A stretch of DNA of 64,000 bases from an uncultured bacterium (GTDB taxonomy: Bacteria > Fidelibacterota > Marinisomatia > Marinisomatales > JAHJCW01). The DNA is taken from assembly GCA_965369995.1 (NCBI GenBank), contig CBDURO010000006.1, positions 3,728-67,727 of the forward strand, given 5' to 3'. Of this stretch, positions 1-8,647 are shown one piece after another. The translations under genes and the position numbers were made by a program. The stretch's first letter is position 1; each line of letters starts with the position of its first letter. The notes below the pieces were generated by a model. That model saw only the letters and a program-made list of their open reading frames with translations. It did not search any database and had not been told where the DNA came from.

Positions 1-325
1 ATAGGTCATCAGCAAATTTAATAGAAGCATCCACACCACAAGATTCTCCCGGATGAATTGCATTATTGATTAATATCATACATTTACCTTTTGAGCAGTA
101 TGTATTCGGATCAAACTTTTTATCGGAGGATATTACAAATAGATGAAGTGGTTTACCAATATCGGTTAGTCCATAAGTAAATAATTTTGCTGATTTATAT
201 TTTTTATCGAGTTGCTTATACCATGTGATAGCGTCGTCATAAGTTGGAGTAATATTATCATTATATTTTAAAGGAATTTGTCCAATAAGTAATGAAGATA
301 ATAAAATAATTATGAATGAACGCAT
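1..325 (-). CDS. M14-family zinc carboxypeptidase-like protein, N-terminal part (gene continues past the left edge)
   Basis: Hand translation from ATG at 325-323: MRSFIIILLSSLLIGQIPLKYNDNITPTYDDAITWYKQLDKKYKSAKLFTYGLTDIGKPLHLFVISSDKKFDP...LINNAIHPGESCGVDASIKFADDL. It has a signal-peptide-like N-terminus and the HxxE zinc motif (IHPGE) in the context typical of M14 peptidases. Absent from the ORF track because it is truncated by the window edge. Confidence 0.7.
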   Translation of the reverse strand, partial: MRSFIIILLSSLLIGQIPLKYNDNITPTYDDAITWYKQLDKKYKSAKLFTYGLTDIGKPLHLFVISSDKKFDPNTYCSKGKCMILINNAIHPGESCGVDASIKFADDL

Positions 326-381
326 TTTTTACTCCTTTGTAATTTTTTTAATATTATAAACCGAACCGGATTAATTTAATC

Positions 382-909
382 TCAACCCCCATCGTCTTTT
401 AATAGAATTTTTATTTTTTCAACCATTGCATTGAATTCTTCCATATTAAATAGACGAGTGAGATGAGCAATTTTACATTTTTTGTCAATTATTACATTTC
501 TTGTAACACCACTTTGTTTGTGAGCAAATAATCCAAAGATTTCTGCTCCCGGATCTAGCGCTAAGGGATAGGTAATTTTCATATCTTCGGCAAATTTAAT
601 TACTTTTTCATTCGGTTCATCTCGATCTATACCGATGACAATTAAGTCATCGCATTTTAAGTTCTGCACAATATCTTTTTCAATATGTGGCATTTCTCGT
701 CTACAAACCGAACACCAACTAGCAGTAAATTGAAGCATGATTACTTTACCTTTTAATTCAGTAAATGATGTTGAATCACCATTGGGGAAGGTTAGTGTAA
801 ACTCGGGACTTGGATCACCGACCTTTACATAAAAGCCCACGCTATCAGCTTTCTGTTGTGCAAATAAAGATGAAATCGTAAATAATAGAATTGATAGAAG
901 TGAGCGCAT
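382..909 (-). CDS. Thioredoxin-fold thiol:disulfide oxidoreductase (TlpA/ResA/AhpC-TSA-like), secreted
   Basis: CxxC motif in FTASWCSVCRREMP. I chose the start at M18 (MRSLLSILLFTISSLFAQQ, signal peptide; cat at 907-909). The longer track start at 960 would overlap the upstream gene. Confidence 0.8.
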   Translation of the reverse strand: MRSLLSILLFTISSLFAQQKADSVGFYVKVGDPSPEFTLTFPNGDSTSFTELKGKVIMLQFTASWCSVCRREMPHIEKDIVQNLKCDDLIVIGIDRDEPNEKVIKFAEDMKITYPLALDPGAEIFGLFAHKQSGVTRNVIIDKKCKIAHLTRLFNMEEFNAMVEKIKILLKDDGG

Positions 910-916
910 TTCTTTT

Positions 917-2044
917 TTACAAATTTTCCCACCAACTTTCATTAGGAATATCTCCACCAATTATAAATGTTTGCCCAACAAGAGGTGTAGCAATGGTTAA
1001 ATTTCTTTCTTCAGCTTCTTTTGCAAACCTTTCAATTGGTTCAGACCAACTATGAGAACTCAAACTAAATTTTCCCCAATGAATTGGTAATGCAACCTTT
1101 GCCTGTGCATCTAAGCTTGCATGAACACCTTGCTCAGGAAACAAATGAATATATTGCCACCTTGGATTATATGCTCCATTCTCAATAAAAACTATATCAA
1201 ATGGTCCAAACTTCTCGCCAATCCTCTTGAATTCATCAAAGTAACCACTATCTCCACTTATAAATAGATTACTATTCTTGGATTTAATTATCCACCCTCC
1301 CCAAAGCGTTGCAAAGCGATCAGTTATTCCTCTTCCACTAAAATGCCTTGAGGGTGTAAATGTAAAATCAATATCCTTGTATGGCAGATTATTATACCAA
1401 TCAAATTCTTCAATTTTACCTTCGTGCACTCCCCATTTTAATAAATGAGCTTTATTACCCAGAGGAACAAAAAACTTTTCAACCCTTGTATGTATTTCTT
1501 TAATTGTTTTATAATCTAAATGGTCATAATGATCATGCGTGATGAGGACTATATCTATTTTATTGGGCAAATCTTTTGCACAGATATTATTCTCATATTC
1601 AAATGGTGTTGGTCCCAATATCGTCGAAAAAGGCGATGCGTTATTAAAAACAGGATCCGTAACAATAATCTTATTATCTAACTTTATTAAAATTGTTGAA
1701 TGACCAAACCATGTGATTGAATTATCATCATTCTCCGTAAAATTTGTTTTATTAAATTTTACAGATGGTAATGGATTCTTAGGTCTTTTCCCAATATTTG
1801 TATCTGCAATATATTCATTATTGTAATCTTCACCTTTTTCAAATCCCATCTTAGTTGGAACAAGATTTCTAAATTTTCCATCCAAAAAATTAGACGAATT
1901 TTCAATTCTAGTTTTCGAATCTCCCCGGGAGTTATCCCCAAAGACAGGTGCAAAATTCAAAAACAAGAATACAGTAACGATTACAAATATTGTTATATAT
2001 AAAAACATTTTTCCAATTATTTTTACCGGTCTTTTAAATTCCAC
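917..2044 (-). CDS. MBL-fold metallo-hydrolase with N-terminal membrane anchor
   Basis: 375 aa ORF with the metallo-beta-lactamase motif LITHDHYDHLD and a hydrophobic N-terminus, FLYITIFVIVTVFLFL. Confidence 0.8.
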   Translation of the reverse strand: MEFKRPVKIIGKMFLYITIFVIVTVFLFLNFAPVFGDNSRGDSKTRIENSSNFLDGKFRNLVPTKMGFEKGEDYNNEYIADTNIGKRPKNPLPSVKFNKTNFTENDDNSITWFGHSTILIKLDNKIIVTDPVFNNASPFSTILGPTPFEYENNICAKDLPNKIDIVLITHDHYDHLDYKTIKEIHTRVEKFFVPLGNKAHLLKWGVHEGKIEEFDWYNNLPYKDIDFTFTPSRHFSGRGITDRFATLWGGWIIKSKNSNLFISGDSGYFDEFKRIGEKFGPFDIVFIENGAYNPRWQYIHLFPEQGVHASLDAQAKVALPIHWGKFSLSSHSWSEPIERFAKEAEERNLTIATPLVGQTFIIGGDIPNESWWENL

Positions 2045-2061
2045 TTTCTATTGTAAGTCCA

Positions 2062-2577
2062 CTAAGTAGTAGTCTCAATTAAATCTATATAGGCTACATC
2101 TATTAAATCTGTTTTTTGGATACCAAATTTATCCATCAATTTATAAGCAATTGTTTCTCCATCTATTGATGTTTGATTTGACTTTAGAACGACTTCTAAT
2201 TCTATAAATTTTCCTAATCCTTTTACATCATCTAAATGTATGCGAGTTTGTGCATACTTATATAAAATACGTTTTTTATTTACAACACCACAAATTCCAA
2301 GTGATTTTGATAGAACAGATTTTAAAGTATCGGGATTCTCAGTAAATGAAATGGCAATATTAGATTGTTTCGGCTCAAATGAATTTGGACGGTTATAGTA
2401 TATAATTTCTGATTGATTATCGCTTTTACGAAGTTTTAATCGTCCATTTTGAGTATTGAAGAATGTATCTTCTTGGTGTTCTGTTTGTATAGGGATTCCG
2501 CATAGATCTTCAATCAATATTTTTATTTTTTCATAATCACGGATTTTCGCTTTTATTTCTATATTTTTTAGAATCAT
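2062..2577 (-). CDS. CYTH-domain protein (class IV adenylate cyclase / triphosphatase family)
   Basis: 171 aa. The N-terminal NIEIKAK matches the ExExK signature of CYTH domains, and the size is typical of CyaB-like proteins. Confidence 0.7.
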   Translation of the reverse strand: MILKNIEIKAKIRDYEKIKILIEDLCGIPIQTEHQEDTFFNTQNGRLKLRKSDNQSEIIYYNRPNSFEPKQSNIAISFTENPDTLKSVLSKSLGICGVVNKKRILYKYAQTRIHLDDVKGLGKFIELEVVLKSNQTSIDGETIAYKLMDKFGIQKTDLIDVAYIDLIETTT

Positions 2578-2759
2578 TGTTTATTATTTAACCACGAATT
2601 ACACGAATTTCACTAATAAAAAACTAAAAACGAAAAAAAAGAAATAGCAATTCGTTTATTTTTTAACTGACGAAGCTTTAGCGTAGTCAGTCGTTGTTAA
2701 TAATTTTTTCATTCAAAATTTAAAACTCAACATTCTCATCAACCGTCATCCATTAAATA

Positions 2760-3716
2760 TCAACCATCAAGAAATCCTTTTTCTTTCATCCAATCATCTG
2801 AAACAAATTTGCTTAGGTAATTACGAATGCTATCAGGAAGAACTACTAAACACTTTTGGTTCTTTTTTAAGCGCTTTGCGACTTGCAGAGCAGCCCAAAC
2901 TGCTGAACCGCTTGAACCTCCAACTAATAATCCTTCTTCTTTGATTAAACGGCGAGCCATTAAAAATGATTCTTTATCATCAGTTTTTACCCACTCATCA
3001 ACAATTGATGGATCAAATACATCAGGGAAAAAGTCATAACCGATTCCTTCGACGTAATAATCAAAAACTTCATCACCACCGGCTAAGATGGAGCCATAAG
3101 GATCTACTCCGACTATTTGAACATTTGGTATTTCTTCTTTTAAACGCTTAGCGATTCCGGTAATAGTGCCACCAGTGCCGGCTCCGATTACGACCATGTC
3201 TAAATCAGTACCAAAATCTTCTAAAATTTCACCACCGGTATCGTAATAATGAGCATCGGGATTGGCGGGATTGATATATTGATCTAACATATGTGAATTG
3301 GGTATTTCTTTTTGAAGTCGTTCAGCAGTTCCCAGCATACTATCGGGATGGTCGTGGGCAAGCTCGGTTTTTGTTCGCACGATCTTTGTTCCAAGTGACT
3401 GCAATACTACTTCTTTTTCCATACTCATCTTTTCGGGCATTGTTACAATTAATTTATATCCTTTTACTGCGCAAGCTAATGCTAAACCGATGCCGGTATT
3501 ACCGGATGTTGCTTCAATTATTGTATCACCCGGTTTAATACGTCCTTCCTTTTCCGCTTCAGCGATCATTCTTACACCAATACGGTCTTTCAATGAGCCA
3601 CCGGCGTTTAAAAATTCGCATTTCCCATATAATTCGCAATCTAATTCTTTGCCGATTGAATTAAGTTTAACGGTTGGTGTATTTTTTATCGTATCTAAAA
3701 TATTTTCGAATAACAT
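2760..3716 (-). CDS. PLP-dependent cystathionine beta-synthase-like / cysteine synthase family enzyme (catalytic core only)
   Basis: 318 aa. KCEFLNAGGSLKDRIG carries the PLP lysine and TSGNTGIGLA is the family motif. IPNSHMLDQY, VEGIGYDF and LPDSIRNYLSKFVSDDWM resemble the catalytic core of CBS enzymes. No heme or Bateman (CBS-pair) domains. Confidence 0.85.
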   Translation of the reverse strand: MLFENILDTIKNTPTVKLNSIGKELDCELYGKCEFLNAGGSLKDRIGVRMIAEAEKEGRIKPGDTIIEATSGNTGIGLALACAVKGYKLIVTMPEKMSMEKEVVLQSLGTKIVRTKTELAHDHPDSMLGTAERLQKEIPNSHMLDQYINPANPDAHYYDTGGEILEDFGTDLDMVVIGAGTGGTITGIAKRLKEEIPNVQIVGVDPYGSILAGGDEVFDYYVEGIGYDFFPDVFDPSIVDEWVKTDDKESFLMARRLIKEEGLLVGGSSGSAVWAALQVAKRLKKNQKCLVVLPDSIRNYLSKFVSDDWMKEKGFLDG

Positions 3717-3772
3717 TAAAATTCCTTAAAAAAAGTATTCAAGTTTACCACGAAGATACGAAGACACGGAAA

Positions 3773-3802
3773 ACAAAAAAGGACCCATTCGAGCCCTTTT
3801 TT
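3773..3802 (-). terminator. Rho-independent terminator downstream of the Hsp20 gene
   Basis: The minus strand reads GGGCTC-GAAT-GGGTCC followed by TTTTTT (plus strand aaaaaaggacccattcgagccctttttt). It begins about 20 nt after the stop codon at 3822. A/T runs on both sides could make it bidirectional. Confidence 0.6.
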
Positions 3803-3821
3803 ATTCAATTCAAATGAAATA

Positions 3822-4265
3822 TTATGATACCTTAATTTCAATTTCCTTTGGTTTAACTTCTTCAGCTTTTGGTACTTTAACAGTAAGCACGCCATCCTTA
3901 AATAAAGCGGTAATTTTGTCAGCAATTACTTGATCCGTTAATTGGAAGCTACGTTTAAAAGCTCCGTAACGTCTTTCAGTGCGACAATAATTTTTATTCT
4001 CGTCCTTTCTATCAATTTTTCTTTCACCACCAATTGTTAGCATATTCTCTTTGATATTAATGCTAATATCTTTTTTAGTGAGACCGGGCAGATCAGCGAT
4101 TACAACAAAAGCATCGTTATCTTCAGCAATATCTATTGCCGGAGTCCAATCGGTTAATTCAGTATCTTCAAAACGATCACCAAAAAAGTCGCTTGTTAAG
4201 CGATCCCATTCTGCAAATGTTGGCATCATTCTTTGTCTTACCGGATTCCATCTAATTAAAGTCAT
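3822..4265 (-). CDS. Hsp20/alpha-crystallin family small heat-shock protein
   Basis: 147 aa. Alpha-crystallin domain features: PAIDIAEDNDAFVVIADLPGL, ERRYGAFKRSFQL, DGVLTVKVPK. Strong SD (aggaga) upstream. Confidence 0.9.
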   Translation of the reverse strand: MTLIRWNPVRQRMMPTFAEWDRLTSDFFGDRFEDTELTDWTPAIDIAEDNDAFVVIADLPGLTKKDISINIKENMLTIGGERKIDRKDENKNYCRTERRYGAFKRSFQLTDQVIADKITALFKDGVLTVKVPKAEEVKPKEIEIKVS

Positions 4266-4314
4266 TATGTTTTCTCCTATTTAATTATAAAAAATTTCAA
4301 ATTCACTTATACTA

Positions 4315-4333
4315 TTACAATCGCTGTGCCAAA
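4315..4333 (-). promoter_or_regulatory. Candidate sigma-54 (-24/-12) promoter for the Hsp20 gene
   Basis: The minus strand reads TTGGCACAGCGATTGTAAT, i.e. TGGCAC-N5-TTGT against the consensus TGGCAC-N5-TTGC. It lies about 50-65 nt upstream of the ATG at 4265. There is one mismatch in the -12 GC. Confidence 0.35.
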
Positions 4334-4519
4334 CTAAATATCTTGAATAAATAGCAGAATTAATTGTCATATTGGCACAACAGGTGAAGACAGTGCGATA
4401 AGTATGTCATTATTGCATAGACTAAATTATTATTAGATAAATATAAATTAGTATAGAAAATTGAATGAATAATTTCATTAGAAACAATAAACCACTTAAT
4501 TTCCGTACTTATTTAAGGA

Positions 4520-5746
4520 ATGAAAATGGAAAAATTAGCATTATTCGGCGGTAAACCAGTTCGAACCAAGCCGTTTCCAAATTGGCCACTCGTCACAGAA
4601 GAATTGAAAAAGCAAGTAATCAATACAATGGAGACAGATTCATTAGGTGTTGGAAGTAATATTATAAAGCAGTTTGAGGAAAAGTATGCTGATTTTCATG
4701 ATGCAAAATATTGCTTAAGTACAAGTTCCGGTACTACTGCTATCTGGGTGTGTCTTAAAGCCGCAGGTGTAAAAGCAGGCGATGAAGTTATACTTCCTCC
4801 TTATACATTTATTGCGACCGGTTCAGCAATATTAATGGCAAATGCCATACCTGTTTTTGTTGATGTGGATCCGGAAACATTTAATATGGATCCCGCAAAG
4901 CTTGAAGCAGCTATAACCGATAAAACTAAAGTGATAATGCCCGTACATATTGCCGGAAATCCTGCGGATATGGATGCAATTTTACAAATTGCTAATAAAC
5001 ATAATATAAAAGTAATTGAAGATGCTGCTCAGGCGCATGGCGCAGAATGGGATGGTAAAAAGGTAGGAGCGCTTGGATTAGGAGGTATATTTAGCTTTCA
5101 AACTTCCAAAAATCTTTCTGCCGGTGAGGGTGGTGCAATTGTTTCCAATGATAAAGATTTTATGGATGCTTGTTATTCTTATGCCAATTGCGGTCGAGTG
5201 CGGGGAGGTGAGTGGTATGAGCATCAATATTTAGGCGGAAATTTCCGATTGAACTCGATGGCGGCAAGTTTGTTATTAGCACAGCTTGATACAATTGAAA
5301 GCTATATGGTATTGCGAGATAAAAACTGTAAAATTTTGGATGATGCAATATCAAAAATTGATGGATTGACTATTACAAAAATGTATCCAAAAACATCGCG
5401 TAGCGCTAATCATTTGTATCTTTTACGATATAATAAAGATAAATTTAATGGAATTCCACGCGAAAAATTCTTTAAAGCAGTGCAAGCTGAAGGAGTTTAT
5501 ACCTATTCTGGTTACACACCTTTGTACCGTGAGCGATTGTTTGCGGTTGATTCTAAGGAATATCCATGGTTAGAAGGGATAAATTATAAAGATATGAATT
5601 TCCCTGTTACGGAAAAACTATGTACGGAAGAAGCAGTTTGGTTAAAACAGAATCATTTGTTAGGAACTAAAGACGATACTAATGATATAATTATGGCTTT
5701 TAAAAAAGTGACCACTGCAATGAAAGAAGAACCGAATCTATTTTAA
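4520..5746 (+). CDS. DegT/DnrJ/EryC1/StrS-family PLP-dependent aminotransferase
   Basis: 408 aa with family-typical blocks GDEVILPPYTFIATG, VIEDAAQAHGA and SFQTSKNLSAGEGG (PLP lysine). Confidence 0.85.
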   Translation: MKMEKLALFGGKPVRTKPFPNWPLVTEELKKQVINTMETDSLGVGSNIIKQFEEKYADFHDAKYCLSTSSGTTAIWVCLKAAGVKAGDEVILPPYTFIATGSAILMANAIPVFVDVDPETFNMDPAKLEAAITDKTKVIMPVHIAGNPADMDAILQIANKHNIKVIEDAAQAHGAEWDGKKVGALGLGGIFSFQTSKNLSAGEGGAIVSNDKDFMDACYSYANCGRVRGGEWYEHQYLGGNFRLNSMAASLLLAQLDTIESYMVLRDKNCKILDDAISKIDGLTITKMYPKTSRSANHLYLLRYNKDKFNGIPREKFFKAVQAEGVYTYSGYTPLYRERLFAVDSKEYPWLEGINYKDMNFPVTEKLCTEEAVWLKQNHLLGTKDDTNDIIMAFKKVTTAMKEEPNLF

Positions 5747-5774
5747 AATAAATATAATCAACAAGATAATCAAT

Positions 5775-7211
5775 ATGACAAAACAATTACAAAATTTATT
5801 AAATGCCGTTGACATTCCTGCAGATTGGATCGGCTTGCGGGAAGTTGATGAGCGAACAACAGTTCGTTTCATAAGAGACAGTCATCCGCAGACGAACACG
5901 CGAACAAAAACCCATGGAATAATGGTGGAAGTCTTAGCTGATGGACAATTTGGATACGTTGGTACGAATGATATTAGTAAAAATGGTATCCAAAAAGCCG
6001 CAGAAAAAGCCTATCAACAAGCAAAATTAGCTGCTAAATATGCCATCCATTCTTTTACTGATGCGGCAAGACCAAAAGCAATTGGTTCTTACAATTCGCC
6101 TTATAAAAATGCGTTTAATGATTCATCAGCTGGTGTATTGAATGATTTAATGATTAAGGCAAGTAAGGTTCTAAAAGTCTCGGACAAGGTGATTAGTACA
6201 AATGCATTTGCACAGATTGTTGAATCTAAACACGGATTTGTCAGCTCAAATGGAAGTGATATTTCTCAAGATTTTCTGTTGGTAACATTTGATTTGGTGG
6301 CAACTGCACAGGATGGAACTAATATCAATACTCGCTCAGCCGGCGGATTAAGAGGACTGTCGCAACAAATTGGAGCGGAATTATTTGATGAAAAATGGAT
6401 TTTGCGCAAAGCGAAGGAAATCGGTGAACAGGCGGTTGAATTAACAACTGCTGAAGAATGTCCAACCGGAATAATGGACTTAGTATTGGCTCCCGACCAA
6501 ATGATGTTACAAATCCACGAAAGCGTAGGGCATGCATTAGAAGTTGACCGAATTCTCGGAGATGAAAGAAATTATGCAGGTTGGAGTTTTGTAAAATTAG
6601 ACGATTTTGGAAAACTACAATATGGTTCAAAATTGATGAATGCCACCTATGACCCAACCTATACCGGTCAATTTGCTTCTTTTGGATTTGATGACGGCGG
6701 ATTAAAGGCTGATAAGGAATATTTAATAAAAGAAGGATTATTAGTACGTGGTTTGGGCGGCAAGGAAAGCCAAATTCGTTCCGGTGTTCCCGGTGTAGCA
6801 AATTTCCGGGCAAGCTCATGGAATCGAGTACCGGTTGATAGAATGGGTAATATAAATTTGGAACCAGGCGATTCAACTTTTGACGAAATTATTTCTTCAG
6901 TTGAAAAAGGCGTTTACATGGAAAGTAACCGTTCATGGTCTATTGATGATTATCGGAATAAATTTCAATTTGGCTGCGAATATGGAAAATTGATTGAAAA
7001 CGGAAAATTAACCAAAACCGTTCGGAATCCAAATTATCGTGCAATTAGCAATCCATTTTGGAATAGTCTGGCAATGATTGGTAATAAAGATACTTTTAAA
7101 ATGTATGGAACTCCATATTGCGGAAAAGGAGAGCCCAGCCAAGTCATTCGAGTTGGACATGCCTCTCCGGTATGTTTATTTAAAGATGTTGCCATTTTTG
7201 GCGGCGCCTAA
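5775..7211 (+). CDS. tldD: TldD-family metallopeptidase
   Basis: 478 aa. The HESVGHALE zinc motif (HExxxH) is characteristic of TldD, and the gene is followed by its PmbA/TldE partner. Confidence 0.85.
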   Translation: MTKQLQNLLNAVDIPADWIGLREVDERTTVRFIRDSHPQTNTRTKTHGIMVEVLADGQFGYVGTNDISKNGIQKAAEKAYQQAKLAAKYAIHSFTDAARPKAIGSYNSPYKNAFNDSSAGVLNDLMIKASKVLKVSDKVISTNAFAQIVESKHGFVSSNGSDISQDFLLVTFDLVATAQDGTNINTRSAGGLRGLSQQIGAELFDEKWILRKAKEIGEQAVELTTAEECPTGIMDLVLAPDQMMLQIHESVGHALEVDRILGDERNYAGWSFVKLDDFGKLQYGSKLMNATYDPTYTGQFASFGFDDGGLKADKEYLIKEGLLVRGLGGKESQIRSGVPGVANFRASSWNRVPVDRMGNINLEPGDSTFDEIISSVEKGVYMESNRSWSIDDYRNKFQFGCEYGKLIENGKLTKTVRNPNYRAISNPFWNSLAMIGNKDTFKMYGTPYCGKGEPSQVIRVGHASPVCLFKDVAIFGGA

Positions 7212-7228
7212 TAGGAAGTTAAGTTATT

Positions 7229-8551
7229 ATGGAAAAAATATTTAACAAGATAAGTGATCGAATTTATTCGGATTTAAAAACCGGTGAACACCTTACGTTA
7301 TCATTACAGGGTGAAAATAGCCAATTTATTCGAATTAATAATGCTAAAATTCGTCAAACAGGATTGGTGAACAATACTGATATATCATTCGATTTCATTT
7401 ATGATAAGCGTAATTGCCAAGGACAGATTACATTGAGCGGTGATTTAGACATTGATTATCGACATGCAGCTGACGAATTGAATCGCTTACGAGCGGAAAT
7501 TGTGCAATTACCGGAAGATCCATTTGTTGTTTTACCGGAAAATACCGGTTCAACCCGTGAAAGTAAAAGTGCCAATGGATTAGATACTGATAAAGCAGTT
7601 GAGGCATTACTTCCAGTTATGGCAGGAGTTGATTTGGTTGGAATTTGGTCTTCCGGAAGAATATTTAGCGGCAGCAGTAATTCAGCCGGACAGGAACATT
7701 GGTTCGAAACCGATACTTATTCGCTTGATTTTTCACTCGTTAATAAAGACCATAAAATGGTAAAGGGTACATTTGCGGGCAGTGATTGGGATCAGTCTAA
7801 ATATGAAGTCTATATCAAGGATGCCAAACAAAAATTACAATTGATGAATAAAAAACCGGTAAAAATGAAACCGGGGAAATACCGCACTTGGTTTGAATCA
7901 AAAGCGGTAGCTGATTTTCTTTCAATGTTTTCTTGGCAGGGAGTGAGTGAGGCGAATATCAGGCAGGGTAACAGCGCATTTATTAGAATGCGTAATGAAG
8001 GCACAAAACTTTCTCCACTATTTTCTCTAAATGAAGATTTCCGCCCCGGGTTAGTCCCGCGTTTTAACGAAAGAGGAGAGATTGCTCCGGAAATTCTATC
8101 GATTATCGATAAAGGAAATCTCGCAAATACGATGGTCAGTTCACGGACTGCCAAAGAATATAAAGTTGAATCTAACAATGCAAGTGGAGAGGAAGTTTTG
8201 CGAGCCACTAAAATGGCAATCGGCTCACTTACCGAAGAAAACGTTTTGCAAAAATTAGGTACTGGACTATTCCTATCCAATTTACACTACTTGAATTGGA
8301 GTGATAATATTGGTGGAAGAATCACCGGATTGACGCGCTACGCTTGTTTTTGGGTAGAAGATAGCGAGATTGTTGGACCTATCGAAACTATGCGCTTTGA
8401 TGACACTATTTATAATCTGTTTGGCGGTGAACTTGAAGCAGTAGGAGATAATGTAAAAATAAATCCCGAGGTTGAAACTTACGAAGGTCGCCAGTACGGA
8501 AATATCACTTGTCCGGGTATGCTTGTTAAATCTTTTAAGTTGACGTTATAA
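7229..8551 (+). CDS. pmbA: PmbA/TldE-family protein (TldD partner)
   Basis: 440 aa, TldD/PmbA-family length and C-terminal region (GGRITGLTRYACFWVEDSEIVGPI). Lacks the HExxxH motif, as expected for TldE. Starts 17 nt after tldD. Confidence 0.75.
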   Translation: MEKIFNKISDRIYSDLKTGEHLTLSLQGENSQFIRINNAKIRQTGLVNNTDISFDFIYDKRNCQGQITLSGDLDIDYRHAADELNRLRAEIVQLPEDPFVVLPENTGSTRESKSANGLDTDKAVEALLPVMAGVDLVGIWSSGRIFSGSSNSAGQEHWFETDTYSLDFSLVNKDHKMVKGTFAGSDWDQSKYEVYIKDAKQKLQLMNKKPVKMKPGKYRTWFESKAVADFLSMFSWQGVSEANIRQGNSAFIRMRNEGTKLSPLFSLNEDFRPGLVPRFNERGEIAPEILSIIDKGNLANTMVSSRTAKEYKVESNNASGEEVLRATKMAIGSLTEENVLQKLGTGLFLSNLHYLNWSDNIGGRITGLTRYACFWVEDSEIVGPIETMRFDDTIYNLFGGELEAVGDNVKINPEVETYEGRQYGNITCPGMLVKSFKLTL

Positions 8552-8647
8552 TATTTTCCCCCTCTATCCTTCGGATATCTCCCCCTATTTTGGGGGAAGA
8601 ATTAATGTGGGTGTATTTAATAATGAGATTGCTTTGCTAAACTTGCA

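Noticed and set aside
909-960. Longer start (MVEIFLMKVGGKICKKE...) for the thioredoxin-fold gene
   Set aside because: It would overlap the 3' end of the upstream MBL gene by 44 nt. The internal Met gives a clean signal peptide.
2668-2695. Hairpin actgac-N14-gtcagt downstream of the cbs-like gene
   Set aside because: It has a large loop, a short stem and no U-run on the relevant (minus) strand, so it is not a supportable terminator.
3716-3925. 69-aa minus-strand ORF spanning the hsp20 3' end and the cbs-like upstream region
   Set aside because: It overlaps the Hsp20 CDS in another frame and runs through the terminator hairpin, so it is not credible as a gene.
6325-8280. Antisense ORFs of 183 aa (6325-6876) and 156 aa (7810-8280) inside tldD and pmbA
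   Set aside because: They are embedded opposite well-supported CDSs and have no motifs.
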